Positions 9,661 through 17,800 of a DNA stretch of 64,000 bases are shown here, in pieces. The notes under the pieces were generated by a model, which did no database searches, was not told where the DNA came from, and saw only the letters and a program-made list of their open reading frames with translations. The stretch's first letter is position 1; every line of letters begins with the position of its first letter. The DNA lies in assembly GCA_963663555.2 (NCBI GenBank), contig CAXXNJ010000005.1, forward strand, positions 176,989 through 240,988, in the 5' to 3' direction. This stretch comes from Dehalococcoidia bacterium. Its GTDB lineage: Bacteria; Chloroflexota; Dehalococcoidia; Lucifugimonadales; Lucifugimonadaceae. Both the position numbers and the translations under genes were made by a program.

Positions 9661-11904
9661 ATGGTCATTCGTCGATCGACCTGGCGGCTCGCGGTCCTGG
9701 CGCTGGCGCTCGCCGCGCTGGCGCTCCTGCCGTCCGCCGCACTGGCGCAGTCGCCGCCCGGCACCCAGAACACGCCCAGCCTGACGGCGACGGTGCACGG
9801 CGACAAGTCGGTTGACCTCGCCATCTCCAACCACACCGGCAACTGGTGGTTCCGTATCAACTCCTGGGGAACCTGCACGGCGGTGACCGGCAACAGCATC
9901 ACCGGCATCCGGGGTTACAACCTGGGGACGCACTCGGTCTGGGCCTATTCCGATAGCAGCTGCGGCTCCCAGATAGCAGCGACGACGTTCACCATTTCCG
10001 CCGCAAGCCTGACGGCGACGGTGAACAGCGACCGCTCGGTTGATCTCACCCTGTCCAACGGGCCGTCCCCCTGGTATTTCCGCATCGGCATCGGCGCCTG
10101 CACGACGGTTAACGGAACCACCCTCAGCGGCATCCGGGGCTACGCGCCGGGATACCACGAGGTCACCGCTTTCGCCACTGCCGGCTGCGCGGGCGCGGAC
10201 TTCCTCACAGATGCGTATTTCATCATTCCCGACCCGCCGCCCCCGCCCAGCCTGACGGCGACGGTGCACGGCGACAAGTCGGTTGACCTCGCCATCTCCA
10301 ACCATCAGGGCAACTGGTGGTTCAAGATCAACTCCTGGGGCACCTGCACGGCGGTGACCGGCAACAGCATCACCGGCATCCAGGGCTACAAACCGGGGAC
10401 GCACTCGGTCTGGGCCTATTCCGATAGCAACTGCGGCGCCCAGATAGCAGCGACGACGTTCACCATTACCGCCGCAAGCCTGACGGCGACGGTGAACAGC
10501 GACCGCTCGGTTGACCTCACCCTGTCCAACGGCCCGTCCCCCTGGTATTTCCGCATCGGCATCGGCGCCTGCACGTCGGTTACCGGAGCCACCGTCAGCG
10601 GCATCAGGGGCTACGCGCCGGGATACCACGAGGTCAGCGCTTTCGCCACTGCCGGCTGCACGGGCTCGGACTTCCTCACAGATGCGTACTTCATCATTCC
10701 CGACCCGCCGCCCACGGCAACCCTGGCAACCACGGTCAACGACGACCGCTCGGTTAACCTCAACTTGTCCAACGGGCCGAGCAACAACAACTGGTGGTTC
10801 AAGATCAACTGGTGGGGCTCCTGCACGGCGGTTACCGGAACCACCTTCAACAACATCCGGGGCTACCAGCCGGGCGCCCACTCCGTCGATGCCTATTCCG
10901 ACAGCGGCTGCCATACCAAGATTGCGTCGTCGTCCTTCACCATTCCCACCGCAACCCTGACGGCTACGGTGAACGCCGACCGCTCGGTCGCCCTCACGCT
11001 CACCGGCGGGCCGAGCAACTGGTGGTTCCGCATCAACTGGTGGGGTACCTGCACTGCTGCGTCCGGAAACACCGTCAGCAACATCCAGGGCTACCAGCCG
11101 GGCGCCCACGCCGTCGCAGCCTACTCAGACGGCGGCTGCAACTACCACGTGGCGGCGACGACCTTCGACCTCTATTCGCTCTCCGCGTCCAGCATCACCT
11201 ACACGACGGCCACACTGACGTTGGCGGGGCACTTTGGGGACTGGTGGCTGAAGGAGACTGCGCCGTCCACCGGAACGTGCACGGCGGGCGAGTCCGACTA
11301 CTCGCACGCCCTCAGCAGCCTGACGGGCGGCACGACGTACACCTACAAGGCGTACAGCGACTCCGCCTGCGCGACGACGGCGCTCCACACCGTCAGCTTC
11401 ACGACGCCCGTGGGGGTCGGCAACCTGTCGGAAACCTCGACGCAGGGTTCGCCCAGCACTTCCGGCGGCGCGTGGATTGCCAACGAGTTCACCACCGGCA
11501 GCAACACCAACGGCTACACCGTGTCCCAAGTAACCGTCCCAATCAGCCCGGGCAGCGGGAGCGGCAACGTTACCCTGCGCATCTTCTCCAAGGTCAGCGG
11601 CACCGCCAAACCGGGCGCTAGCCTGGCTACGCTGACCAACACGGGGGACGCGAATGGCAACTACACCTTCAGTTGCTCGGGTACCGGCTGCGACCTCTCC
11701 GCCGGCACGAGCTACTTCCTGGTACTGAGCGCCGCCAGCGGCTACAACTATAGATGGGCGGCTACCGCCTCGAACAACGAAACCGGCTCCGCCGGGTGGG
11801 CAATCGGCAACACCTACACCGCCTCCTTCGATAGCGGCTCCTCCTGGACCCCCGATGCCAACACCCGCGTCGCGAAGTTCTCAATAACGGCCACGCCAAA
11901 GTAG
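9661..11904 (+). CDS. Giant secreted repeat protein C (747 aa): signal peptide, 6 NWWF-type modules, 1 WW/Cys-pair module, C-terminal VSNL..GWAIG domain
   Basis: AGGAGG 7-8 nt upstream of the ATG. MVIRRSTWRLAVLALALAALALLPSAALAQSPP looks like a signal peptide. Only 37 nt downstream of protein B. Confidence 0.9.
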   Translation: MVIRRSTWRLAVLALALAALALLPSAALAQSPPGTQNTPSLTATVHGDKSVDLAISNHTGNWWFRINSWGTCTAVTGNSITGIRGYNLGTHSVWAYSDSSCGSQIAATTFTISAASLTATVNSDRSVDLTLSNGPSPWYFRIGIGACTTVNGTTLSGIRGYAPGYHEVTAFATAGCAGADFLTDAYFIIPDPPPPPSLTATVHGDKSVDLAISNHQGNWWFKINSWGTCTAVTGNSITGIQGYKPGTHSVWAYSDSNCGAQIAATTFTITAASLTATVNSDRSVDLTLSNGPSPWYFRIGIGACTSVTGATVSGIRGYAPGYHEVSAFATAGCTGSDFLTDAYFIIPDPPPTATLATTVNDDRSVNLNLSNGPSNNNWWFKINWWGSCTAVTGTTFNNIRGYQPGAHSVDAYSDSGCHTKIASSSFTIPTATLTATVNADRSVALTLTGGPSNWWFRINWWGTCTAASGNTVSNIQGYQPGAHAVAAYSDGGCNYHVAATTFDLYSLSASSITYTTATLTLAGHFGDWWLKETAPSTGTCTAGESDYSHALSSLTGGTTYTYKAYSDSACATTALHTVSFTTPVGVGNLSETSTQGSPSTSGGAWIANEFTTGSNTNGYTVSQVTVPISPGSGSGNVTLRIFSKVSGTAKPGASLATLTNTGDANGNYTFSCSGTGCDLSAGTSYFLVLSAASGYNYRWAATASNNETGSAGWAIGNTYTASFDSGSSWTPDANTRVAKFSITATPK
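9778..10719 (+). repeat. Tandem duplication of a 471-bp (157-aa, two-module) unit inside protein C
   Basis: agcctgacggcgacggtgcacggcgacaagtcggttgacctcgccatctccaacca... starts at 9778 and again at 10249. By eye the copies are >90% identical over the full 471 bp. Confidence 0.9.
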
Positions 11905-12210
11905 GAGGAAATAAGTGAAGAGTGTGCGGGCGTTCTCACACCGAAGGCCGATGCTGGCGGGGCACGGCGGGGGGGGCACGCGCGACCACCACAACGCGCG
12001 ACGCCACAAACACGCGCGCCCCACCTCGTCTTTCCCGTGCAAACGGGAATCGTCGCCCACCACGACGCGCGCCATCAACCCACATCCCCTTTCCGTCATT
12101 CCCGTGCAAGCGGGAATCCCCTCCTACCTCTTCCCCCGTCTGCGGGGGAAGCCCCTCCTGCCTCTTCCCCCTTCTTAAGGGGGAAGATTGAGATGGGGGT
12201 CTTCACGCGT
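11905..12210. repeat. Cluster of short palindromic (REP-like) elements: G-run module, 2x REP2 hairpin, 2x REP3 hairpin
   Basis: ggcggggcacggcggggggggcacgcgcgaccacc (11957-11990). ttcccgtgcaaacgggaa (12031-12048) and attcccgtgcaagcgggaat (12097-12116). cccctcct.cctcttccccc[gtctgc/ttcttaa]gggggaag (12117-12150, 12151-12208). The same elements recur at 17.3-17.8, 24.3, 25.3, 46.7 and 49.9 kb. Confidence 0.85.
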
Positions 12211-12261
12211 CGCCCACCGCCACGCGCGACGCCGCGAACCGCAACTACCACAAGCCACTCG

Positions 12262-12335
12262 AGAGAAAAACGTTACTTTAAAGTAATCCAAAATCAAAAT
12301 AAAAATCATCGCTACGTTATTAAAATATAGTGTAC
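12262..12335 (+). promoter_or_regulatory. AT-rich putative promoter/operator region upstream of protein D, with a perfect 14-bp palindrome TTACTTTAAAGTAA (12273-12286)
   Basis: The only strongly AT-rich stretch in a GC-rich locus (gagagaaaaacgttactttaaagtaatccaaaatcaaaataaaaatcatcgctacgttattaaaatatagt). TATAGT at 12326-12331 and TAAAAT at 12321-12326 are -10-like. No convincing -35 found. Confidence 0.4.
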
Positions 12336-12393
12336 CATCGTACCCCCAGTATGCGTATGGGACGGACAACAGGCTCACTCGTCCGTCCACGCC

Positions 12394-15300
12394 GTGCAGG
12401 AGCGTTTGCCGGAAGGGGACGATGCGTTGGATATTCGAGAACTACCTTCACGCTATCGACTGAGCCTGCCTTCACGCTATCGACTGAGCCTGCCTTCACG
12501 GTACCGGCTGGCCTGGGCGCTTGCGGCCCTGTTGGCGCTCGTTGCCGCTCTTGCCCTCTCTCCTGCCGACTCGCTGGCGCAGCAGGCGCCCGGCACGCCG
12601 TCTTCGGTGTCGGTAACTCGCGCCGACGGCACGCTCACCGCCACTTGGCCCGCCGTCTCCGGCGCGACTAAGTACCACGTCACCTACAGTTCGGATAACG
12701 GCAAGAGCTGGCGGCTCGGCGCGCTGAACCACACGAGTACCAGCATCAGCATCGCCGTCTCCAACGACAAGACCTACATCGTCGGCGTTCGCGGCGGCAA
12801 CTCCTACGGCTGGGGCGGATGGCGCAACTCCCCGCCCTCAGGGCCCTTCGCCCCTCCGACGCCGCCGACACCCCCGCCGGCAACGCCGTCCTCGGTCAGC
12901 GTGACGCGGAGCGACGGCGAACTGACCGCCTCATGGCCCGCCGTTTCCGGCGCGCTCCACTACCACGTCACCTACTCCTCGGACGGCGGCGCAAGCTGGA
13001 GCCTCGCAGCGCTCAAGCACCTTGGTACCAGCATCGACGTACGCATCTCGAACGACGAGACATATATAGTGGGAGTCCGCGCTCTCGGCGTCGGCGGCTG
13101 GGGCGGATGGCGCAACTCAGCGCCCGCAGGGCCGTACACGCCCATGCCCAAGCTGCCAGGGCCAGGACCCAATCCACCGCCGGCCCCCACGGGACTGACT
13201 GCGACGGCGGGCGACCAGAGCGTCACCCTTACCTGGGACAGCGCCCCAGACGTCTCGATCACCCCCATCACCGGCTACCAGTACATCTCCCGCGCCGCAC
13301 CGCCGGCGCCCGGATGGGGCGCGTGGACCGCAGTGCCCGGCAGCGACCGGACAACGACGTCATACACCATCACCGGGCTCACCAACGGCACGGAGTACCG
13401 CTTCAAGCTGCGCGCCGTCAACGCAGGCGGCGGCGGAGCGCCCGCGCCCACAGCCTCTCCCTGGTACGTCGCGGCTACGCCTGCCGCGGGCACGGTCAAC
13501 ATCGACACGCCCGGACAGCCCACAGGACTAACCGCAACAGCCAACGACGACGGCAGCGCGACCATTACCTGGACCGACCCCAACGACGCCTCCATCACCG
13601 GCTACCAGTACCAGACCCGCGAGGACGACGGCGTCTGGGGCGGGAACACCGAGATCGAGGGCAGCGGCGCAAGCACCACCTCCCACACGATAACGGGACT
13701 TGTCGGCGGCGCGACGAACCACATCAACCTGCAAGCGCTCAACGCGAGCGGCGCGAGTTTAGGCCGCCAGGTGTCGGTGCTTGTCCCCGCCTCACTGCCC
13801 GGCCCGGCCTCCGTAACCATCACCGCCCGCGGCATGGGAACCCTCTCCGCCACATGGACGGCGGTCGATGGCGCGTTCACCTACTACATCCAGACCTCCA
13901 ACAGCAACGACGACTATGCGACGTTCACGATCGAGACGCTCACGACCGGCACGAGCGTCACCCTCAACAACCGCGACGACTCGCTGAACTACACCGTCCT
14001 GGTACATGCGTTCACCGAGAACGGCTACACGAAGCGGACCGAGTCCTACCCGGCGGGCATGTCGAACTCCCCGGCCATAGCGCCCGAGTCGGTCAGCCTG
14101 TCGCGCAGCGGGACGACGCTCACCGCGACCTGGCCCGCCGTCGGCGGCGCGGCCAGCTACAACGTCGAGCTCAGCAGCGACGGCGGCGACACGTGGTCCA
14201 AAGAGGCCACCAACCACACGACCACCACGTGGACGAAGAGCAGCATCGGCGCGAGCACGAGCTACAAGGTCCGCGTCCAGTCAAAGAACACCGCCGGCAC
14301 GAGCGCGTGGACGGAATCGGAAGTGAACACCCCCGCGCCACCGGCCCCGGCTTCCGTAACCGTAACCTCTCGCAGTCATACAGGAACGAACGCAACGCTG
14401 GAAATATCCTGGGACGCCGCAGCGCGCGCGACGGGCTACAACATCCGCAGCAGCGGAGACAACGGCGCAACATGGACGACCGACGTGTCCAGCCATCCGT
14501 TGACGACGCTGAGCCTGACGCTGACCGACAACACGAAGGACTACTTCATCGGCGTACAGGCGGTCAATAGCAACGGCGCCAGCGGCTGGACGAACTCATC
14601 CATCAGCCGCGCAACCCCGTTGCCGCCCGCGCCCGCGAACCTGACGCCCACCCGCGCCAAAGGCTCCATCACCCTCACCTGGGACGCCGCCAGCGGCGCC
14701 GCATCCTACGACGTCGCCTGCAGCGTGTCAGGCGGTCACTACTGGGACGACTGCAAGAAGGGCGTCACCGACGCCCAAAGGACGGCAGGCGTCACCCTCA
14801 CGCAGTTCTACAACCACGGCGCCGGCCAGACGCAGAACATCGACGACGGGCGGAACTACACCTTCGCCGTGCGCGGCAGGAACACCAGCGGCGCGGGCGA
14901 GTGGACACGAGCTACCGCGTGGACCGCCAGGCCCGACCGGATAGCCAGCGTAACCGCGACGCGCACCGTCAGCGGCATCACCCTCACCATGACCGCCCCC
15001 GCCAATAACGGCGGCTACACCACCACACAGATAAAGGTGGACTGCCGCACCAGCTCCGACGGCGGGACAACCTGGTCCGGCTGGTTCTCTTGCACCGACG
15101 CGCAGACGACCACCCCCACGCCCGGCGCAGCCTTCACCGCCACCATCGACAGCACGGACAACTACGACACGACTCTCACCTACCAGGCGCGCGCCCGCGC
15201 CCGGAACGCCCTCGGCGTCACGTGGGACTGGCGCGAGTCCGCGGTCATTCCGCCAATCACCCTGACCGCGGGCAGCGTCACCGCCACGGGCGCAACCCTC

Positions 15301-17295
15301 ACCATCGCAGGCCACACCGGCAGTTGGTACGTCAAGGAGATCAGCCCCGCCACCAACGGAAGCTGCTCCTCCGCCATAAGCGGCGCGACCAAGAGCCTCA
15401 GCAGCCTCACCGCCGGAACGTGGTACAGCTACAGGGCGTACAGCGACTCCACTTGCACCGACGCGAACGAGATCGGCGCGGTGGCGTTCTCCACCGCCGT
15501 CACCGTCAGCAACCTGGGCGGGTCGAATTCGTCTAACACGTTGGCTATTCAGTCCAACCAGGCCAAGGCGCAAGAGTTCACGACGGGCAGCGCGGCCGGC
15601 GGCTACACCGTCTCAAGCGTCAAGGTGCATACATTCCTTGTGTTCAATGCGTCCCTTTTCAAGGTGACCATCCGCGAGCGGAATTCCAACGGACATCCCG
15701 GCACATCACTCGCAACACTTCCCGGCACCCCGGCAAACTATCAGCAGACAACATACACCTGCTCCGGCTCAGGCTGCGCGCTGGATCCTAACACTCAGTA
15801 CTTCATATTCGTCGAGAGTACCGGCGGAAACGCCGGCATCCTGTACGCCACCTCCGACGACGCGGAGACGTTGCAGCCCACCGGCAACGGCTGGAGCATC
15901 GCGAACGACGTGCGCGCCCAGGATCGGGGGTGGGGGCACTGGTCGAATGGCGTCTCCCTCAAGATATCGGTGACCGCAGTGCCGCAGCCCGGCATCGCCG
16001 CAAGCAGCGTTACGGCAACCACGGCGACGCTGACCCTCAACGGACACGTCGGCGACTGGTGGTTCAAACGCACCACCCCCTCCGGCGGAACCTGCACGGC
16101 AGGCGAGGCGGACTACTCCCATGCCCTCAGCAGCCTGACGCCCGGCACGGACTACACCTACAAGGCGTACAGCGATTCCGGCTGCACAACGAGTAAGGAG
16201 ATAGGGTCAGGGACCTTCACCACGCCCGCATCCCTCACCGCCAGCGGCGTCACCGCCGCGGGCGCGACCCTCACCATCGCCGGGCACACCGGAGACTGGT
16301 ACCTGAAGCAGACCGCGCCCTCGACCGGTACGTGCTCGGCGAACGCGATAACCGGGGCCACCCACACCCTCAGCACTCTGACCCACAGCACCACCTACAC
16401 CTACAAGGCGTACAGCGACTCCGCCTGCACCACCGCCAACCTGCTGGCAACGGAGACCTTCACCACGCCCGCGTCCCTCACCGCCAGCAGCGTCACGATG
16501 AACAGCGCGACGCTCACGCTGGCCGGACGCACGGGCAACTGGTGGCTGAAGCAGACCGCGCCCACCACCGGAACCTGCGCGGCGGGCGAGGCGGACTTCT
16601 CCCACGCCCTCAGCAGCCTCAGCACAGGCACCACGTACACCTATAAGGCGTACAGCGACTCCACCTGCTCTACGGAGATAGCGTCGGGCACGTTCACCAC
16701 GGCCCTCAGCCCGCCCACGGGCCTATCCGGCACGCGCACCTACAGCGGAACGGCCAACAGCGACAGCGTGTCCCTCTCCTGGACGGCCCCGGCGTCGAGC
16801 ACGGGTCGCACGGGCTACGAGGCGGGGTGCAGCGCCGACGCCGGCTCCACCTGGACAAGCTGCGGCGGGACAATAGCGTCCTCCGCCACCAGCCACACCG
16901 TCAGCAGCCTGGACAAAGACAACGCCTACGTCATCCGCCTGCGCGCCACGGGCAGCGGCGGGGCGACAAGCGCGTGGGCGCAGTCGTCCTCGATGGCCGC
17001 CCTCTCAGCCCCCGGCAAGCCCACCAACCTCTCCGTCGACACGAGCGTCTGGCAAGTAAGCTGGACCGCGCCCAGCGACACGGGCAACGGCGGCGGCGGG
17101 ATAACCAAGTACGAGCATCACTGCAAGCGGGGTGCCACCGGCACCCCCACCCCCGCGGACGAGACCACCAACACCTACGCGAACGTCGGCACCAACACCA
17201 CCTGCACGCAATCCTTCGGCCAGGGCACCTACTTCAGGGTCAGGGCCTTCAACCTCATCTGGGGCGCCTGGAGCGACTGGTACCAAATCCAATAA
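12394..17295 (+). CDS. Giant secreted repeat protein D (1633 aa): signal peptide, about a dozen canonical Fn3 domains, 4 WW/Cys-pair modules, 1 VSNL..GWSIA domain
   Basis: GTG-initiated open frame (TTG at 12427 is an alternative start). Hydrophobic LAWALAALLALVAALALSPADSLAQQAP. Fn3 signatures (P.SVSVTR.DG.LTA.WPAVSGA..Y.V.YSSD.G.SW). No in-frame ATG before the signal peptide. Confidence 0.88.
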   Translation: MQERLPEGDDALDIRELPSRYRLSLPSRYRLSLPSRYRLAWALAALLALVAALALSPADSLAQQAPGTPSSVSVTRADGTLTATWPAVSGATKYHVTYSSDNGKSWRLGALNHTSTSISIAVSNDKTYIVGVRGGNSYGWGGWRNSPPSGPFAPPTPPTPPPATPSSVSVTRSDGELTASWPAVSGALHYHVTYSSDGGASWSLAALKHLGTSIDVRISNDETYIVGVRALGVGGWGGWRNSAPAGPYTPMPKLPGPGPNPPPAPTGLTATAGDQSVTLTWDSAPDVSITPITGYQYISRAAPPAPGWGAWTAVPGSDRTTTSYTITGLTNGTEYRFKLRAVNAGGGGAPAPTASPWYVAATPAAGTVNIDTPGQPTGLTATANDDGSATITWTDPNDASITGYQYQTREDDGVWGGNTEIEGSGASTTSHTITGLVGGATNHINLQALNASGASLGRQVSVLVPASLPGPASVTITARGMGTLSATWTAVDGAFTYYIQTSNSNDDYATFTIETLTTGTSVTLNNRDDSLNYTVLVHAFTENGYTKRTESYPAGMSNSPAIAPESVSLSRSGTTLTATWPAVGGAASYNVELSSDGGDTWSKEATNHTTTTWTKSSIGASTSYKVRVQSKNTAGTSAWTESEVNTPAPPAPASVTVTSRSHTGTNATLEISWDAAARATGYNIRSSGDNGATWTTDVSSHPLTTLSLTLTDNTKDYFIGVQAVNSNGASGWTNSSISRATPLPPAPANLTPTRAKGSITLTWDAASGAASYDVACSVSGGHYWDDCKKGVTDAQRTAGVTLTQFYNHGAGQTQNIDDGRNYTFAVRGRNTSGAGEWTRATAWTARPDRIASVTATRTVSGITLTMTAPANNGGYTTTQIKVDCRTSSDGGTTWSGWFSCTDAQTTTPTPGAAFTATIDSTDNYDTTLTYQARARARNALGVTWDWRESAVIPPITLTAGSVTATGATLTIAGHTGSWYVKEISPATNGSCSSAISGATKSLSSLTAGTWYSYRAYSDSTCTDANEIGAVAFSTAVTVSNLGGSNSSNTLAIQSNQAKAQEFTTGSAAGGYTVSSVKVHTFLVFNASLFKVTIRERNSNGHPGTSLATLPGTPANYQQTTYTCSGSGCALDPNTQYFIFVESTGGNAGILYATSDDAETLQPTGNGWSIANDVRAQDRGWGHWSNGVSLKISVTAVPQPGIAASSVTATTATLTLNGHVGDWWFKRTTPSGGTCTAGEADYSHALSSLTPGTDYTYKAYSDSGCTTSKEIGSGTFTTPASLTASGVTAAGATLTIAGHTGDWYLKQTAPSTGTCSANAITGATHTLSTLTHSTTYTYKAYSDSACTTANLLATETFTTPASLTASSVTMNSATLTLAGRTGNWWLKQTAPTTGTCAAGEADFSHALSSLSTGTTYTYKAYSDSTCSTEIASGTFTTALSPPTGLSGTRTYSGTANSDSVSLSWTAPASSTGRTGYEAGCSADAGSTWTSCGGTIASSATSHTVSSLDKDNAYVIRLRATGSGGATSAWAQSSSMAALSAPGKPTNLSVDTSVWQVSWTAPSDTGNGGGGITKYEHHCKRGATGTPTPADETTNTYANVGTNTTCTQSFGQGTYFRVRAFNLIWGAWSDWYQIQ
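12442..12513 (+). repeat. 24-bp x3 in-frame tandem repeat encoding LPSRYRLS/LPSRYRLS/LPSRYRLA just before the signal-peptide core of protein D
   Basis: cta/ctg cct tca cgc tat cga ctg agc appears twice. The third copy is ctg cct tca cgg tac cgg ctg gcc, which encodes the same SRYRL peptide through three synonymous changes. Confidence 0.9.
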
Positions 17296-17329
17296 CAGCC
17301 AAGCCACCCCCTGCGCGCAGCCCGCAGGC

Positions 17330-17800
17330 GCGCCCACCCGTACCGGCGTCCTCCGACAGGACCCGTATGGGCGTCCCTTGTGGGCGCCTGAGGCGGGGCA
17401 CGCGTGACCATCCACCAACCCGGAATCCACCTACCCGTCCGGCCGTCCCTCGCGCCATCCCCCCCGTATGGGCGTCCTCCGGCAGGACCCGTAGGGGCGT
17501 CCCTTGTGGGCGCCTGGGGCGGGGCACGGCGGGGCACGCGTGACCATCCACCAACCCGGAATCCACCTACCCGTCTGGCCGTCCCTCGCGCCATCCGCCC
17601 CGTATGGGCGTCCTCCGGCAGGACCCGTAGGGGCGTCCCTTGTGGGCGCCTGGGGGGGGGGCACGGCGGGGCACGCGCAACCACCCACCAACCCGGAATC
17701 CACCTACCCGTCCGGCCGTCCCTCGCGCCATCCGCCCCGCAGGGGCGTCCTCCGGCAGGACCCGTAGGGGCGTCCCTTGTGGGCGCCTGGGGGGGGCTCC
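17330..17800. repeat. Tandem array, ~126-137-bp period, ~3.5 copies; each unit contains REP1 hairpin CCCGTAGGGGCGTCCCTTGTGGGCGCCTG plus G-runs (G10 at 17652-17661)
   Basis: gggcgtcccttgtgggcgcc begins at 17369, 17495, 17631 and 17768. The interstitial sequence (..ggggcacgcgtgaccatccaccaacccggaatccacctacccgtccggccgtccctcgcgccatcc..) is also repeated, so this is not a CRISPR array. Confidence 0.9.

Noticed and set aside
4818-9908. 1696-aa ORF on the minus strand, and similar long antisense ORFs at 1779..3575 and 9598..11109, opposite the giant repeat genes
   Set aside because: The translations are Arg/Gly/Ala/Val-rich low-complexity sequence with no domain periodicity. That is typical of stop-free antisense frames in GC-rich coding DNA. 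The plus-strand frames have signal peptides, RBS and clear domain repeats.
3564-11904. Diversity-generating retroelement (template/variable repeat) as the cause of variation among the near-identical modules
   Set aside because: There is no reverse transcriptase or accessory gene in the window. The differences between duplicated units are not adenine-specific; they include C/G/T changes and whole-codon swaps.
11915-12330. Small ORFs across REP clusters (11915..12178, 11922..12191, 12037..12330; also 17404..17817, 17504..17767, 24188..24454, 24198..24380)
   Set aside because: They are composed of the palindromic repeat elements themselves, occur in several overlapping frames and strands, encode Pro/Arg/Gly-rich peptides and lack RBS.
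17330-17800. Regularly spaced palindromic repeats, which could suggest a CRISPR array
   Set aside because: The 'spacers' are themselves repeated almost identically, the unit is ~130 bp, and no cas genes or leader are nearby. It is a tandem repeat built from REP elements.
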